A stretch of DNA of 64,000 nt from Candidatus Eiseniibacteriota bacterium (GCA_963792585.1 CAWBWI010000003.1:576001-640000), one strand, 5' to 3'. Shown: positions 1-10,919, counted from the stretch's first letter. Program-made: numbers and translations. The notes: a model not told the origin generated them from the letters alone.

Positions 1-98
1 CGATTCCGGTCGAGGACGATCACCTTCCCACCCGCGCGAACGTAGTCGAGATAGCGGCTCAAGTGATCCCGAAGTTCCGTGATCCGAATGCGTTTCAT
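1..98 (-). CDS. Phd/YefM-family antitoxin, N-terminal part (runs off window)
   Basis: Manual translation from ATG at 98: MKRIRITELRDHLSRYLDYVRAGGKVIVLDRNR, a typical prevent-host-death N-terminus. Confidence 0.8.
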   Translation of the reverse strand, partial: MKRIRITELRDHLSRYLDYVRAGGKVIVLDRN

Positions 99-99
99 A

Positions 100-133
100 A
101 CGCCATTATGGCGTGTTTTGAAAAGAAGTTCAA
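100..133 (-). promoter_or_regulatory. sigma70-like promoter (TTGAAC-17-CATAAT) with palindromic operator, probably leaderless
   Basis: Minus-strand hexamers with 17-bp spacer; palindrome ACGCCAT-T-ATGGCGT (100-114) overlaps the -10; ATG lies 6 nt downstream. Confidence 0.6.
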
Positions 134-165
134 CTGGCCCATACGGCAGGCCCTTGCCCCGACCC

Positions 166-655
166 TCATCCATCGACCCCGGCCCGATCCATCGCCCGGT
201 ACCCGATCGCTTCGGCGATGTGCTTTTCCCCGACGGTGGTCGCCCCGTCGAGATCCGCAATCGTGCGCGCTACGCGGATGATCCGGTGGTAGGCGCGGCC
301 CGTGAGGCCCAGCCTCTCCGCGGCCATCCTGAGCATGGCGAGTCCGCGCGGGTCGGGTCGCGCGAAGGCCCGAAGCTGCGCGAAGCGCATCTGGGCGTTG
401 CAGTGGATCCCGACCTGATCCGCAAACCGCCGCGTCTGGACCTCCCGCGCGGCAATCGCGCGGCGACGGACGTTTGCCGACGGCTCGCCATCCACATCGG
501 ACGCGAGGGCGTCGAGCGGCACGCGCGGCACCTCGATGTGCAGGTCGATCCGGTCGAGCAGCGGCCCGCTCAAGCGAGACCGGTAGTGTCGCAGCCGCGT
601 CGGCGTGCATCGGCAGGACTTCATCGAGTCGCCGAGGAACCCACAAGGACATCCC
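166..655 (-). pseudogene. comM: 3' half of comM/yifB (Mg-chelatase-like AAA+ ATPase), interrupted by island insertion
   Basis: CPCGFLGD...CRC...YRSRLSGPLLDRIDLHIEV...RAYHRIIRVARTIADL...HIAEAIGYR; homology stops just upstream of CPCG (expected NPCPCG). Confidence 0.9.
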
Positions 656-668
656 TGCGTTGCCATTT
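653..668 (+). repeat. att-like end sequence CCCTGCGTTGCCATTT, copy 1
   Basis: 16 bp identical to 30628-30643; sits exactly at the comM breakpoint. Confidence 0.7.
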
Positions 669-1277
669 TGTGATCTCGTGCTTCGATCGCCGAAACCCCT
701 TGGGAGAGCATATCCTACGGAACTCCGCACGATCGGTGATCACATCCGGAAACGTCGACTGGATCTCGGCCTGCTTCAGCGGGAACTTGCGTTGCAGATC
801 GGCGTCGACAAGACGAGCGTTTTCAATTGGGAGGCGGGAACCGCCTCACCGCATCTCAAGGCCCTTCCCGCGGTCATCCAATTCCTTGGATATGATCCGA
901 CCGCGACTGGGTCCACGCTCGGCGAGCGGCTCCGGGCCGCCCGGAGACGGCAGGGAGTCTCGCATGCTGACCTGGCCAAACGGTTGGGAGTGGATGCGAC
1001 AACCCTTCGGAATTGGGAGGTCGGTCGGCGCAATCCTCCGGTCAAGTACCTCCCCCGCATTCACAGGGTCATAGGGTCGGAAACCGTCGATCCGGCGGCA
1101 TCGCTCTCCGAACGCCTGCTCGCCTATAGGCGTACCCACGGCCTCCGGCAACGGGACCTCGGGAAGCTTCTCGGGGTCGATCAACGAGTGATCTCCGAGT
1201 GGGAGCGCGGCGCGGCGCCACCGGTTCTGTCCATCGAGCGCCTGATCGTCAGGAGGTTGCGGGGGCTGCTGGGCTGA
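660..1277 (+). CDS. Triple XRE-type HTH transcriptional regulator at the island end
   Basis: Three HTH_3-like repeats (IRKRRLDLGLLQRELA..NWE; LRAARRRQGVSHADLA..NWE; YRRTHGLRQRDLG..EWE); probable TTG start just inside the att-like site. Confidence 0.8.
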   Translation: MPFCDLVLRSPKPLGRAYPTELRTIGDHIRKRRLDLGLLQRELALQIGVDKTSVFNWEAGTASPHLKALPAVIQFLGYDPTATGSTLGERLRAARRRQGVSHADLAKRLGVDATTLRNWEVGRRNPPVKYLPRIHRVIGSETVDPAASLSERLLAYRRTHGLRQRDLGKLLGVDQRVISEWERGAAPPVLSIERLIVRRLRGLLG

Positions 1278-1389
1278 GGCCTGTTTGGGGTGTCAGGAGG
1301 TCTTCCGGACCTTCGCCGGCGTGAACCGGCTTCGGCTTCAAAATGTCTGGCCCACGGAGCCACTTACCCGAAACGTCCCCCACACCGGG

Positions 1390-1900
1390 CGCATGATGCC
1401 GACGTCACGCCAGCCCTTCCCGAAGTGAAGCGCGGTCGAGCACGCAAATCCGTGCTGTCCGGCAATGGCTTTGAGGGCGGGCGCCCCATCACAGTCGGGG
1501 GCATCCGGCAAGGGACGCATCTGGTCTCACTGCCGGGAACAGGTCGACCAGCTCGTTCAATGGCACCGCAAAGCGGGGATCGGACTTCTCGACGCTTCGA
1601 TCAAGTGGGATGAGGTGCTCAAGAGCGCCCTCGAAAACGAGGCGACCACAATCTGGCGTGCCGGGATGCCGATCTGCGTCGATTGGCCAGAGGAGATCTA
1701 CACTGCCCCGGAGGCCCTCTGGTTCGCCGTGATTGGTGACCGCCAGGTGTCCATCGAGGAGTTGATTTTGGAGCTGCTTTCGCCAAGTACGGACGGAGAT
1801 CTCCTTTTCGCCATTGTCGGCAACGACATGCGCGAGGAGTTCCCGCAAGAGTTGTTCGAGCAAGGTGACACTGCAGACTATCAATATCTACCCGCGGAGT
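1390..1900 (+). pseudogene. Frameshifted internal fragment resembling a DEAD/DEAH (type III Res-like) helicase family protein
   Basis: RKSVLSGNGFEGGRPITVG / ASGKGRIWSH...MPICVDWPEEIY split over two frames; no helicase motifs in the fragment, so the family is recalled, not proven. Confidence 0.4.
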
Positions 1901-2688
1901 CCCGCACCGTCTTCGCGCAGGGCGTAACGGAGAACTACCCCTTGGAGACTTATCAGGTTCACCTTCGTGTTCTTCGCGAGTGCATAGCCACCGGAGTGCG
2001 CATCCCGCACGGACGACAGCATCGGCCGAATCGAACAACGATTATCCGACATCCAACCAAGCAACGGGTGCCGAGGCCCGCGAACTCGAGCCACTTCAAC
2101 CGACGTGTCGGTACCTTGGGTCACCTCGTGTCCGTCCATGCCGCCGGGCGATCTACCGGGGAGCCCGCAGATGAGTCAACTTCCGGGACCACGGCCATAT
2201 GTGCGGCACTTAGACGCGTCGCTCGATTCGCCCCAATATTGTGAAGTCTTCCCTTTGCATGTTGCGAACTTGTGCAGATCAGCGAGGCGGCCTGATCTCC
2301 AGGGGAAAAGTAAACCGGATCGAGCAACCATCGACTTGACGGGGGCGGCCGCGGATCAATAGCATACGTTCCTGACGCAATCAGCAATCAGGCCCGACCC
2401 AATTGAATCGATCCAGGGAGACGACGGTGCGTATGCCGCAGAGCCAGCCGTGGAGGACGCGCCCGATCAGAGACGACATTCTCAGCATAACTATGGCGCC
2501 ATCAATTTTTCCAGACATAATGTCGCGACGAAACCGAGACTGTTGGCGATGCTGTATCCATCAACCGCATCTTCCTGGCCAGACACTGGGGAGTTCGCGA
2601 GGCGAGGGTGGGGAAGGGTCCTCAGAGTGGTTGCTCTAGACTGAGTGTGCTGTCCTGTGGCGCCCAACGGAATGTGAGGGCAGAGAGA

Positions 2689-4044
2689 ATGCGGGTTGCA
2701 TCACTGTCGCGGATCTTCGCGACGCTCCTTCTAGTACTGGCTGGTGGCATGATCGCTTTCGTTGTTTGGACTCCAACTCACAGAGGGCGGGAAGTTAGCG
2801 TACCGCCCTGTCCGCTCGGGACAGGCTGCCCATTAATGGCGCTCCATGCGCATCCCGCGTCATTGACGCCAGAGGCGGTCGAGTTTGCCGAAGCTCAGTA
2901 CGTCGACTATCTCTCCTCGGTACCGCCGTCCACGCTCAAGTTCTATCAAACCGAGATTGAACATTTCGAGATCATTCGGCAGCTTATCCTGCTTCCGAAG
3001 CTCGAGGAAGAATTGATTCGGAGAAGTGACCGGCTCCACCGTTCCCTGCGGACGCTCAATCTTCTCATCCAGGCATCGTATCTGCGTTCCCTCCCCGTAC
3101 CGGCGCTCGCAACAGCCCTTTCCGTAGGTTCTCTCGACCCGTCATTTGCATCGACGCCGGGGTCGCGCGCGGTTCTCGCGACCCTGCGCTTCTCAGAAGA
3201 CCTGGAACCAACCGCAGTCTACCTGATGCCGCAAAAGAACCATATCCTCAATCGCGCTAAGATCTTGTCCGTCCTGAACGAGTCATCTCGTAACGCGCCT
3301 TTCTGCTATATCGCGGCAGCCACGGTCTGCGTCACGAGCGTTGATAGCTGCCTAGCTCTTGAACGACGGCACCTGCTCTTGGACAATGCCAGCCTCCTAA
3401 CTGCGGACTCGCTGTTCACACTGGCAGGCCTTCGCGGCATCTCGGAGATCCAAGGAGGCAGTCCGAACAGTGCGGGCGCGTCTGACTCTCTTTTCCTGGG
3501 CGATGACATCTGGATCGACGCCAATGCGGAAGCACTGAGATCTCCCGCTCGGCGTCTCATCTTCAACTACCTGAACAACCGCGTGGCCACACTCACGCTG
3601 GTGATCGCTACATATCGTCGGCACGGGCTGACAAGTGGCCGTTGGCGTTCTCCCGCTGTTCCCCTTCGCGATCGTCGATTTCTGAAGCTCTTCGATTCCC
3701 TCGCATTACTGGCGAGGAAGGAGGACGTCCAAATCCCTCGGCAAGTGCGGCTCTTTGGGCTCATCACCTGCGCCGAGTTTGCGGAAGCCACCTCCCAATT
3801 CCACCGTGACATGGCAGAGATGGCCGTTATCGACGATTCGCGCAAGGAGACACTGACCTCGGTGTCCGCGCATTACGACAGTCTAGCGACGTCGCTTCTG
3901 AAGGTTCTTGCGGGGACCCTTCGCGAGGGGGTACCGCTGAGCCATCGGGATAAGGTGTACTGGTATCTCTCGCACAGCGACATCCTCGGTCCGAGGCTCT
4001 CGCCCAAACCAAAGAAGGCGCTTGAGCGCCTACTGGAGGAGTAG
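2689..4044 (+). CDS. Hypothetical membrane-anchored/exported protein
   Basis: Long ORF with N-terminal hydrophobic helix; stop abuts the next gene. Confidence 0.65.
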   Translation: MRVASLSRIFATLLLVLAGGMIAFVVWTPTHRGREVSVPPCPLGTGCPLMALHAHPASLTPEAVEFAEAQYVDYLSSVPPSTLKFYQTEIEHFEIIRQLILLPKLEEELIRRSDRLHRSLRTLNLLIQASYLRSLPVPALATALSVGSLDPSFASTPGSRAVLATLRFSEDLEPTAVYLMPQKNHILNRAKILSVLNESSRNAPFCYIAAATVCVTSVDSCLALERRHLLLDNASLLTADSLFTLAGLRGISEIQGGSPNSAGASDSLFLGDDIWIDANAEALRSPARRLIFNYLNNRVATLTLVIATYRRHGLTSGRWRSPAVPLRDRRFLKLFDSLALLARKEDVQIPRQVRLFGLITCAEFAEATSQFHRDMAEMAVIDDSRKETLTSVSAHYDSLATSLLKVLAGTLREGVPLSHRDKVYWYLSHSDILGPRLSPKPKKALERLLEE

Positions 4045-5012
4045 TGACCGCCTCTCTAAGCCGCATTCCAAGAGGAGAGGGCCAGCATCTGTTCAGCTTT
4101 GTACTTCTGATCTTTGGATTCACTCTCTTAACGACGTTTCAGGCTCTCTTTGATGCTGCGAAGTGGCTTCTCGGAGATATCGATGGTATGGAGGCCGGGA
4201 TCAGGTTCATCCATCTATTTGGCGATCCCTTCGAGCTTCCGCTAATTGTTCCGTCGCTTGACGCGACCCTGCTCGCGGTAACGGTGATCATCACGTTGGT
4301 CCAATACTATGTGATCATCAACCGGCTCGCCCTAGTTTATGAGGTAGTGTACGGACTTTGGGAGTTCGGGCTCGACATGGCGGCCGCGATGCTCTTCTTC
4401 TTCTCGGCAAGTGCGCTGAAGACTGGCCGCGGAGCGTCGTTCCTTGCCACGGACAAGTACTGGGTATTGCTCGGGGCGCTCTATTCTGTCCTCACTCTGC
4501 GTATGGTACTGGCGGCAATTCGGATCTCAAGGAAGTCGTCAGGTGCGACCCCGGAGAATCGACGTGCCATGACGTTAGCGGTCGCGGGGATTGGATGTTA
4601 TTGGACGACTGCGATCATGATGCTATGGGGACTCGCCTGCGCACGCTTGGGTGTGTCCATCAAGACAATTGCCCATCTTGAACTGGTCGGAACGAGCGCG
4701 GTGTTTTCGGGAGCGGCGATTGTGGCAGCGACGGCAATGATGCAGCGTACTTGGAGGGCGCTGATTCGAATTGACGTCACGACGATGCTGCCAATGGTTG
4801 TAGCGGTGGCCGCGCCAATTATGACTCTTGCGGCACGACGGCAGCAGTCGGGATTGATGCGATTGCTGCTGCATGACCGGTTTGCGTTCCCGTGGTCGCT
4901 ACTGCCATTGGGAATGATGGTCTGCTTCCTAATGACGATCGTGGTGACGCATTCGACGGTAGGGGACGAAGGTGATCAGGCTGCTCCCGCCGCAATTCGT
5001 CCCCGGTCATGA
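4044..5012 (+). CDS. Hypothetical polytopic membrane protein
   Basis: About 8 hydrophobic segments; paralogous pseudogene at ~50558-51290. Confidence 0.75.
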   Translation: MTASLSRIPRGEGQHLFSFVLLIFGFTLLTTFQALFDAAKWLLGDIDGMEAGIRFIHLFGDPFELPLIVPSLDATLLAVTVIITLVQYYVIINRLALVYEVVYGLWEFGLDMAAAMLFFFSASALKTGRGASFLATDKYWVLLGALYSVLTLRMVLAAIRISRKSSGATPENRRAMTLAVAGIGCYWTTAIMMLWGLACARLGVSIKTIAHLELVGTSAVFSGAAIVAATAMMQRTWRALIRIDVTTMLPMVVAVAAPIMTLAARRQQSGLMRLLLHDRFAFPWSLLPLGMMVCFLMTIVVTHSTVGDEGDQAAPAAIRPRS

Positions 5013-5440
5013 CGGAGGAGATCGCCCTGCATGGGAGTGACACCGAACCAGCGTCACCAGATGGACCATCAGCAGGGGCGCCTGGGGTCTTCAAGGTCGC
5101 CATCGGGAGCGTGTGGAGCTGGGCGGCCCATCAGGTATTCCCGCTTCTTACCAGCAGACCGGATAGCGACGAGAGGGATACTTGATGGATTTCGGTTTCG
5201 GGCTGTTCCCCCGCGAGTCAGGGTGGGGTTTTCACCACACTCGCTATGGGAAGGCAAGCTCGCCCCTGCCGACCACACTCCGGTTATCTATGGCAACTTG
5301 CAAGCACGAACAACTGTATGGTACAAAGAGATGGGCAGAGGAATCTTGCCCGCTCGCCTGGATCGGGCTACGGTCAGGTGGCTCTCAAAATTCGACGCTC
5401 AAGTTGTCTGCTGTCCGCCCGAAAGAAAGGAAGGACTTCA

Positions 5441-5614
5441 ATGACCGCAGTCAGAGTGGAGAGAGGGACAGGAAGGTTGGCCAACGTGACGTCGAATGCT
5501 CCGACGGGTTCGGAGAGACCAAACTACCCGCTGCTTGTTGCTTCTGCTGTGCTCATTATCACTGGCGTTCTCACTTTGTTCATCCTGCTCTTTGGCTCAG
5601 ACCTGACGTTCTAG
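5441..5614 (+). CDS. Small single-TM hypothetical protein
   Basis: AAGGA RBS, ATG at 5441, C-terminal hydrophobic helix. Confidence 0.4.
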   Translation: MTAVRVERGTGRLANVTSNAPTGSERPNYPLLVASAVLIITGVLTLFILLFGSDLTF

Positions 5615-6308
5615 CACGTGGCGTTGCACGCGACAATCCCCGTTCCTTCCAGTTAGACCGCCCAGCAAGCGGTCTTTCTCTCCTTTCCACGGTACCGCCC
5701 CGCCCGATCCCCTCCTCGGTTTTCAGACGAAGCGGACTCTCACAATGCCGATCCTCCGGGTCGAACCCAGGGCGCATGGGACTCAGGGGGGACGGATGCG
5801 AACGAGTGAATTTAGCAATGAGCTCATCGCAATCGCCCTGCGGCAGGTTGTGCCGAGGACCACGGTCGAGGAGGGCTGGTCGGGCTTTAGGCCAGCCGCA
5901 GTTCACGAACCTCCTTGGCCGAAGACGGCCGAAGTATCCGAACACCATCAGCACCTTCCTCCGCCGACTTGGGTTGTCTACTTGGGAAGAACTTGACTGC
6001 TAGACCTAGGGCGTGTCGCATCCATGCCCTGAGCCCTGCCGCAAAACGGACCCTCTGGTTACTCCAATTCAGTGTTGAATGGGCCTCGGCCCATCGGGGG
6101 GCACCGGGCGGATTTGGTGTGTTTGTCCAGGTGGAAACTATGACCAGCCCCCATGCAACAAGCTGATGTTCCAGAATTAAATGGTGCTGGGTACATGTTG
6201 ACGGAACGGAGCCGTTGATCCGTCGGCAGTTGTGGGTGGCCTTCCCTAGCTTTGGCAGTCAGTGTAGGTTACGAGGGTCAGAACCTAATCACCCGTACGC
6301 GAGGTCGC

Positions 6309-8132
6309 ATGCGAGTATCCAGACTAACGATTTCAGATTTCCGAGGCATCCACCAGGCCACCCTGCACTTCGATGGTCACACGCTGCTGATTGGCGCGAA
6401 CAACGTCGGCAAGTCGACCATTTGCGACGCGCTCGATCTTGTCCTGGGACCCGACCGCATGCGGCGGCAGCCCGTCGCCCAGGAACACGATTTCTACAAC
6501 TCCGTCTATCTCAACGAGGACGGCACCACCGTCCAGATCACCATAGAAGTTGTGCTCACTGGGCTGACCGACGAAGTGCTTCGGAGCTGCCCGACCAATA
6601 TCGAGTTTTGGGACTCCTCGGCACGACGACTCTTGGAAGCGGGAGAGCTGCCAGCGGTCGATCGTCCCGACACATCCCCGTGTCTTCGGCTCACGGCGAG
6701 TATCCGCTACGACCCCGACGAAGACGACTTCGCTGGACAGACATACTACGCCCATTCGCCCGATGCGGCAGAGGGGGAGCTAACTCCCGTCCCGCAACGC
6801 GTGAAGCGTTCCATGGGCTTTCTCTACCTGCGCGCCCTCCGGACCGGCGCACGGGCGTTGAGTCTGGAGCGGGGCTCGCTCTTGGACATCATCCTCAAGC
6901 TCAAAGAGGTCCGGACAGGGCTCTGGGAGGACACGAGGAGCCGACTGCGCGGACTCAATCCGCCGATCGACGATGCCGCGAAATCCCTCGGACCTGTTCT
7001 CGACGCGATCGAGCAACGGGTTGGGGAGTACATCGCCCTGGAGGGCAAAGGGCGGGCGACTCGCCTCTTCGTTTCCCAACTCACGCGCGAACACCTCAGG
7101 CACACACTGTCATTCTTCCTCTCGATGACACCCGGACAGGAGCCGGTGCCATTTCAGCAGGTCGGAACCGGCACACTCAACACCCTCGTGCTCGCCTTGC
7201 TCAGCTTCATCGCAGAAACCAAGGGGAACAACGTCATCTTTGCCATGGAGGAGCCGGAGATCGCTCTCCCGCCGCACACTCAGCGACGGATCGCCACCTA
7301 CCTACTAACCAACACCGCTCAGTGCTTCGTGACCTCGCATTCTCCCTATGTCATTGAGTGCTTCGAGCCCGAGAGAATCATGTTGCTGCGGCGCGCGGAT
7401 GACGGAAGCGTTGCCGGCCTTCCCGTCGTGCTTCCTGCCGGCATGCGGCTGAAGACCTACCACTCACAGCTACGACGCTCGATCGCCGAGGCCATGTTGG
7501 CGGAGGCGGTCATCGTCGTCGAGGGGACGTCGGAACGTCAGGCATTGACCGTCGTAGCGCGGAAACTCGAATCGACCGACCCTGTCCTGTTCCCCCTCGA
7601 CGTGGCGGGAGTAACCATCGTCAACGTTGAGGGCGACGGTAACCTCTCCGCCTTCGGCACCTTTTTCCGCGGCCTCAATCTCCAGGCCTTCGCTCTCTAC
7701 GATCAGAAACCTCGGAAAGATGATGAGGCCGAGCGCATCCGAGCCTCTTTTGACTCCTCCTGCGAGATTCCATACCGCGGGCTCGAACGACTCCTGGCGA
7801 GCGAGCTTCCCCTCGACCGCCAATGGACATTCCTGAACAACCTCCAGGCCGAGACGACAGCCCCCGCTGGTGACGCTACGCCAGCGAGGCCCGATGACGA
7901 CGAGCTGCGAGAGCGTCTGGTTGACGCGCTGCGCCAGATGAAGGGCGAGGGCGGTGCCGCACGGCTCCTCGACTCCTGCGCAGCCGAGGAGCTTCCGGTC
8001 ACGCTCCGGACCTTTCTCCTCGACGTGTACGCACGGTTTCCCCGTCCGGTAGCAAAGCGCGACCCCTTGGCAGATCCGGCCACGTCCTCCGCTCCTCTTG
8101 AAGACGGAGCCTCGCCTCCATCCGGGACATGA
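6309..8132 (+). CDS. gajA: OLD-family ATP-dependent nuclease (ABC ATPase + TOPRIM), Gabija GajA-like
   Basis: MRVSRLTISDFRGI, Walker A GANNVGKS, Walker B AMEEPE, TSHS H-loop, TOPRIM VEGTSE; ATGA overlap with the UvrD gene. Confidence 0.85.
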   Translation: MRVSRLTISDFRGIHQATLHFDGHTLLIGANNVGKSTICDALDLVLGPDRMRRQPVAQEHDFYNSVYLNEDGTTVQITIEVVLTGLTDEVLRSCPTNIEFWDSSARRLLEAGELPAVDRPDTSPCLRLTASIRYDPDEDDFAGQTYYAHSPDAAEGELTPVPQRVKRSMGFLYLRALRTGARALSLERGSLLDIILKLKEVRTGLWEDTRSRLRGLNPPIDDAAKSLGPVLDAIEQRVGEYIALEGKGRATRLFVSQLTREHLRHTLSFFLSMTPGQEPVPFQQVGTGTLNTLVLALLSFIAETKGNNVIFAMEEPEIALPPHTQRRIATYLLTNTAQCFVTSHSPYVIECFEPERIMLLRRADDGSVAGLPVVLPAGMRLKTYHSQLRRSIAEAMLAEAVIVVEGTSERQALTVVARKLESTDPVLFPLDVAGVTIVNVEGDGNLSAFGTFFRGLNLQAFALYDQKPRKDDEAERIRASFDSSCEIPYRGLERLLASELPLDRQWTFLNNLQAETTAPAGDATPARPDDDELRERLVDALRQMKGEGGAARLLDSCAAEELPVTLRTFLLDVYARFPRPVAKRDPLADPATSSAPLEDGASPPSGT

Positions 8133-9862
8133 CGCTCTCGCTCACCGACGACCATGCCCGGATCATCGAGGCCCCAGGCCATGTGCTCGTGACCGGTGGC
8201 CCGGGGAGCGGCAAGACGACCGTCGCGCTTCTCAAGGCGAAGGCGAGAATCGACCAGGGCTTAGCGACCGGCCAATCCATCCTCTTCCTCAGCTTCTCCC
8301 GCGCTGCCGTCGGACGCGTTATCGAAGCGGCGCAGGCCGACCTGCCAACGGACATCCGTGCCCGGCTGGATGTCCAAACGTTCCATGCGTTCTTCTGGGA
8401 GCTGCTCCGCACCCATGGGTATCTCCTCGGGGCACCCCGGAAACTTCGGCTCTTCCTGCCGCACGATGAGGCCGCGCGCCTGCCCGATTTCCAACGTAGC
8501 GGCCCTGCCTGGCACGCTGAGCTCGAACGACTCTTCCGGATCGACGGTCTCGTGGCTTTTGATCTCTTCGCCCCAAAGGTGCTTGAGATCCTCAATGGCA
8601 GCACTGGGATCTGTGCCATGACAGCCGACCGGTTTCCGCTCATCGTCGTCGACGAGGCGCAGGACACTGCGGATGACCAGTGGGCCTGCATTCGCCGACT
8701 CTCGGAGCGAACGACGCTTGCGTGTCTGGCCGATCTCGAGCAGCAGATCTACGACTTCCGGCCGAATGTGAGCTCGCAGAGGGTTATCCAGATCATGGAG
8801 CAGCTCAGGCCCCTCCGCGTCGACTTTGGGCCGGCCAACCACCGCAGTCCTGCGAATGACATCCTGGCCTTCGGCAACGACATCCTCCTCAACACCCCGC
8901 GCGGTCGCCCGTATGCCGGGGTCACCCTCGCCGGATATCCGCCGAGGGCGGTCGACCGGGATAAGTACATCCGTAGCAGCATCGGCCGTATCCGCCACGC
9001 GGTCGAAAGAGCGAAGGGTTCGCCCGCCGAGAGCATCGCTGTACTGGCGAGCTGGGGACGGGGAGTCCTCCTCGTCTCCCGGGCGTTAGCCGAAGCACCG
9101 GGACGCGCGCGCATTCCGCATCACCCGCTGATCGACGAGGCCCCGGTGCTACTCGCTGGCCGCGTCATCGCCTACCTCCTGGAACCTATTCCATCCGGGA
9201 CGGAGCTCGCGGATTTAGCGGCCTGGCTCGAACTCATCGCGACCGTCCTCAAGGCAAAGGACACGGCGGGCGACCTCACCCAAGCAAGACGGCTCCTGGC
9301 ACAGGCGACGCAGGCTCGCGATGAGCGAACGCTGGCGCGTTCCGCGTCCGGGCACAAGGCGCTGGGCGTACTCCGTGACCTCCGGACAACGCCCCTCTCC
9401 GGCGATCCGCGCCAAGACTGGCTTCGCGTCCGCAATCACCTGAAGAATTCCGACTGCGGCGTGCTCGTCACGGTCGCAGGCGCAGCGGAACAGCTTTTCC
9501 TGCTCGGACGGGGACAGCACCTGGCCACCGGCTTGACTGCGGCATGGCAACGCACCGGAACGTATGCGGACGCTTGTCGGATATACGATTCCGCTGTCGC
9601 CGAAGACCAGATTCTGTCGGGAGGGCGAGACAGCAGGGGCATATCGGTGATGACCCTCCACAAGGCGAAGGGCAAAGAATTCGACGGCGTGGTCATCCTC
9701 GACGAATTCCGCAACTGCCCGCTCGTCCTGCGGGGTGACGCGCCGCCCTACCCGCGGAGTCGACGCCTACTCCGCGTTGGAATCACCCGCGCTCGGTATC
9801 ATGTGCTCATTTTACATTCAGTGATCGAGCGTCCACTGCTGCTTGACGCGAATCGACGCTAG
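8129..9862 (+). CDS. gajB: UvrD-like SF1 helicase, Gabija GajB-like
   Basis: GGPGSGKTT, TFHAF, VDEAQD, QQIYDF, NHRS, MTLHKAKGKEFD, VGITRAR. Confidence 0.85.
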   Translation: MTLSLTDDHARIIEAPGHVLVTGGPGSGKTTVALLKAKARIDQGLATGQSILFLSFSRAAVGRVIEAAQADLPTDIRARLDVQTFHAFFWELLRTHGYLLGAPRKLRLFLPHDEAARLPDFQRSGPAWHAELERLFRIDGLVAFDLFAPKVLEILNGSTGICAMTADRFPLIVVDEAQDTADDQWACIRRLSERTTLACLADLEQQIYDFRPNVSSQRVIQIMEQLRPLRVDFGPANHRSPANDILAFGNDILLNTPRGRPYAGVTLAGYPPRAVDRDKYIRSSIGRIRHAVERAKGSPAESIAVLASWGRGVLLVSRALAEAPGRARIPHHPLIDEAPVLLAGRVIAYLLEPIPSGTELADLAAWLELIATVLKAKDTAGDLTQARRLLAQATQARDERTLARSASGHKALGVLRDLRTTPLSGDPRQDWLRVRNHLKNSDCGVLVTVAGAAEQLFLLGRGQHLATGLTAAWQRTGTYADACRIYDSAVAEDQILSGGRDSRGISVMTLHKAKGKEFDGVVILDEFRNCPLVLRGDAPPYPRSRRLLRVGITRARYHVLILHSVIERPLLLDANRR

Positions 9863-10412
9863 GAACCGCAACGGGATCACAGTCCAGTTTATGCTCGCCT
9901 GCCTTCACACACTGTCATCGCCTTTGCTTCGGGTCGGCGAACGGCGGTCATGCTCCGTCTGTTGGCAGTGGGCTTCGTCGTGAAACCCTGGGATGCGAGA
10001 TCCAAGCTGTCTTGAATGGTGCTGATTGTTCTGGCGGGCCATTCGCTCGGGGTCAGCTCCTCGAGGGCCCGGCGGTCTCGAAAACCGTGCGAAGGCGTTT
10101 TGAATCATAGCAGCCCGGTCCGCCGAAGCGACGTTGCGGCAACATAATACAAAGCACCCCATCAGGTTAGGTCCTGCAGGGGCGTTTCCATTCCTTCCAG
10201 TCTGGTTCGGGCCGTTTCGGTCACTTCCAGTCTGAAACCGTAGCAAGACCGTAGCAGCTTCTGAGGCGGGCAACTAGACGCACGCGGCTGGCACGGCCGG
10301 CGATTTCCAGACGGACCCGCGAGCGCAGTCTGAATGATTGAGCGGGAGGGTCTGGAAACGCTCTTGGTTTGATATTGCCTGCGCGATCATTCCGTCGGAC
10401 ACTTCCGCCCAT

Positions 10413-10919
10413 ATGTCACATCCCACCTCGGACAGTGAAGGCAACGAGAGTCTTGAACCCAGATATACCCTTCGCGAACTCGTGTCGATCGCACTCCGGC
10501 AGCAGGAGATGGTCCTCCACGATGTGGACACGCTTGACTGGAAGGCCTACATTGTCTTGGCGGGTCAGCTTGGGGTGTTTGGTGCTGGGCTTGCACTTAC
10601 ATGGCCGCCTTGGAGGGCATGGCTGCTGGTTCTCGGCCTTGTAATCGGACTGGCCAACCTGCTGGTCACGGGGACGGCGATACGGACGAACCAATATGTG
10701 CTCGCCCCGAATGTCAAGGAGGTCTGGGAAGAACACGGGCTGGAGACGAGCGATGCCGTTGCCCGACAGCTTGTGTCCGACATTGAGGATGCGATCGAGA
10801 AGAACGTTGAGGCTTGCAGGAGTAAGGGCCATCGGATAAACAGGGGCTTTGAACTTCTCTTCTTCTCAATCCTGGCTATCGGGTTGGAGTGGTTTCTCGA
10901 ATGGGGGATGAAGCATTGA
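10413..10919 (+). CDS. 3-TM hypothetical membrane protein (PycTM-like topology)
   Basis: LDWKAYIVL + two TM, soluble loop, KN...K motif, final TM. Confidence 0.7.
   Translation: MSHPTSDSEGNESLEPRYTLRELVSIALRQQEMVLHDVDTLDWKAYIVLAGQLGVFGAGLALTWPPWRAWLLVLGLVIGLANLLVTGTAIRTNQYVLAPNVKEVWEEHGLETSDAVARQLVSDIEDAIEKNVEACRSKGHRINRGFELLFFSILAIGLEWFLEWGMKH

Noticed and set aside
79..1074. Long overlapping ORFs such as 79-1074, 6215-7357, 13080-13979, 22216-23103 and 34200-35135
   Set aside because: Antisense or alternate-frame shadows of well-supported genes in GC-rich DNA
1920..2240. attC-like integron site (GGCGTAAC...)
   Set aside because: No matching GTTRRRY arm forming a convincing hairpin, and no integron integrase
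5796..5850. IS3-like orfA start (MRTSEFSNELIAIALRQ)
   Set aside because: Only about 17 residues of resemblance, no IR or integrase core; too weak to annotate
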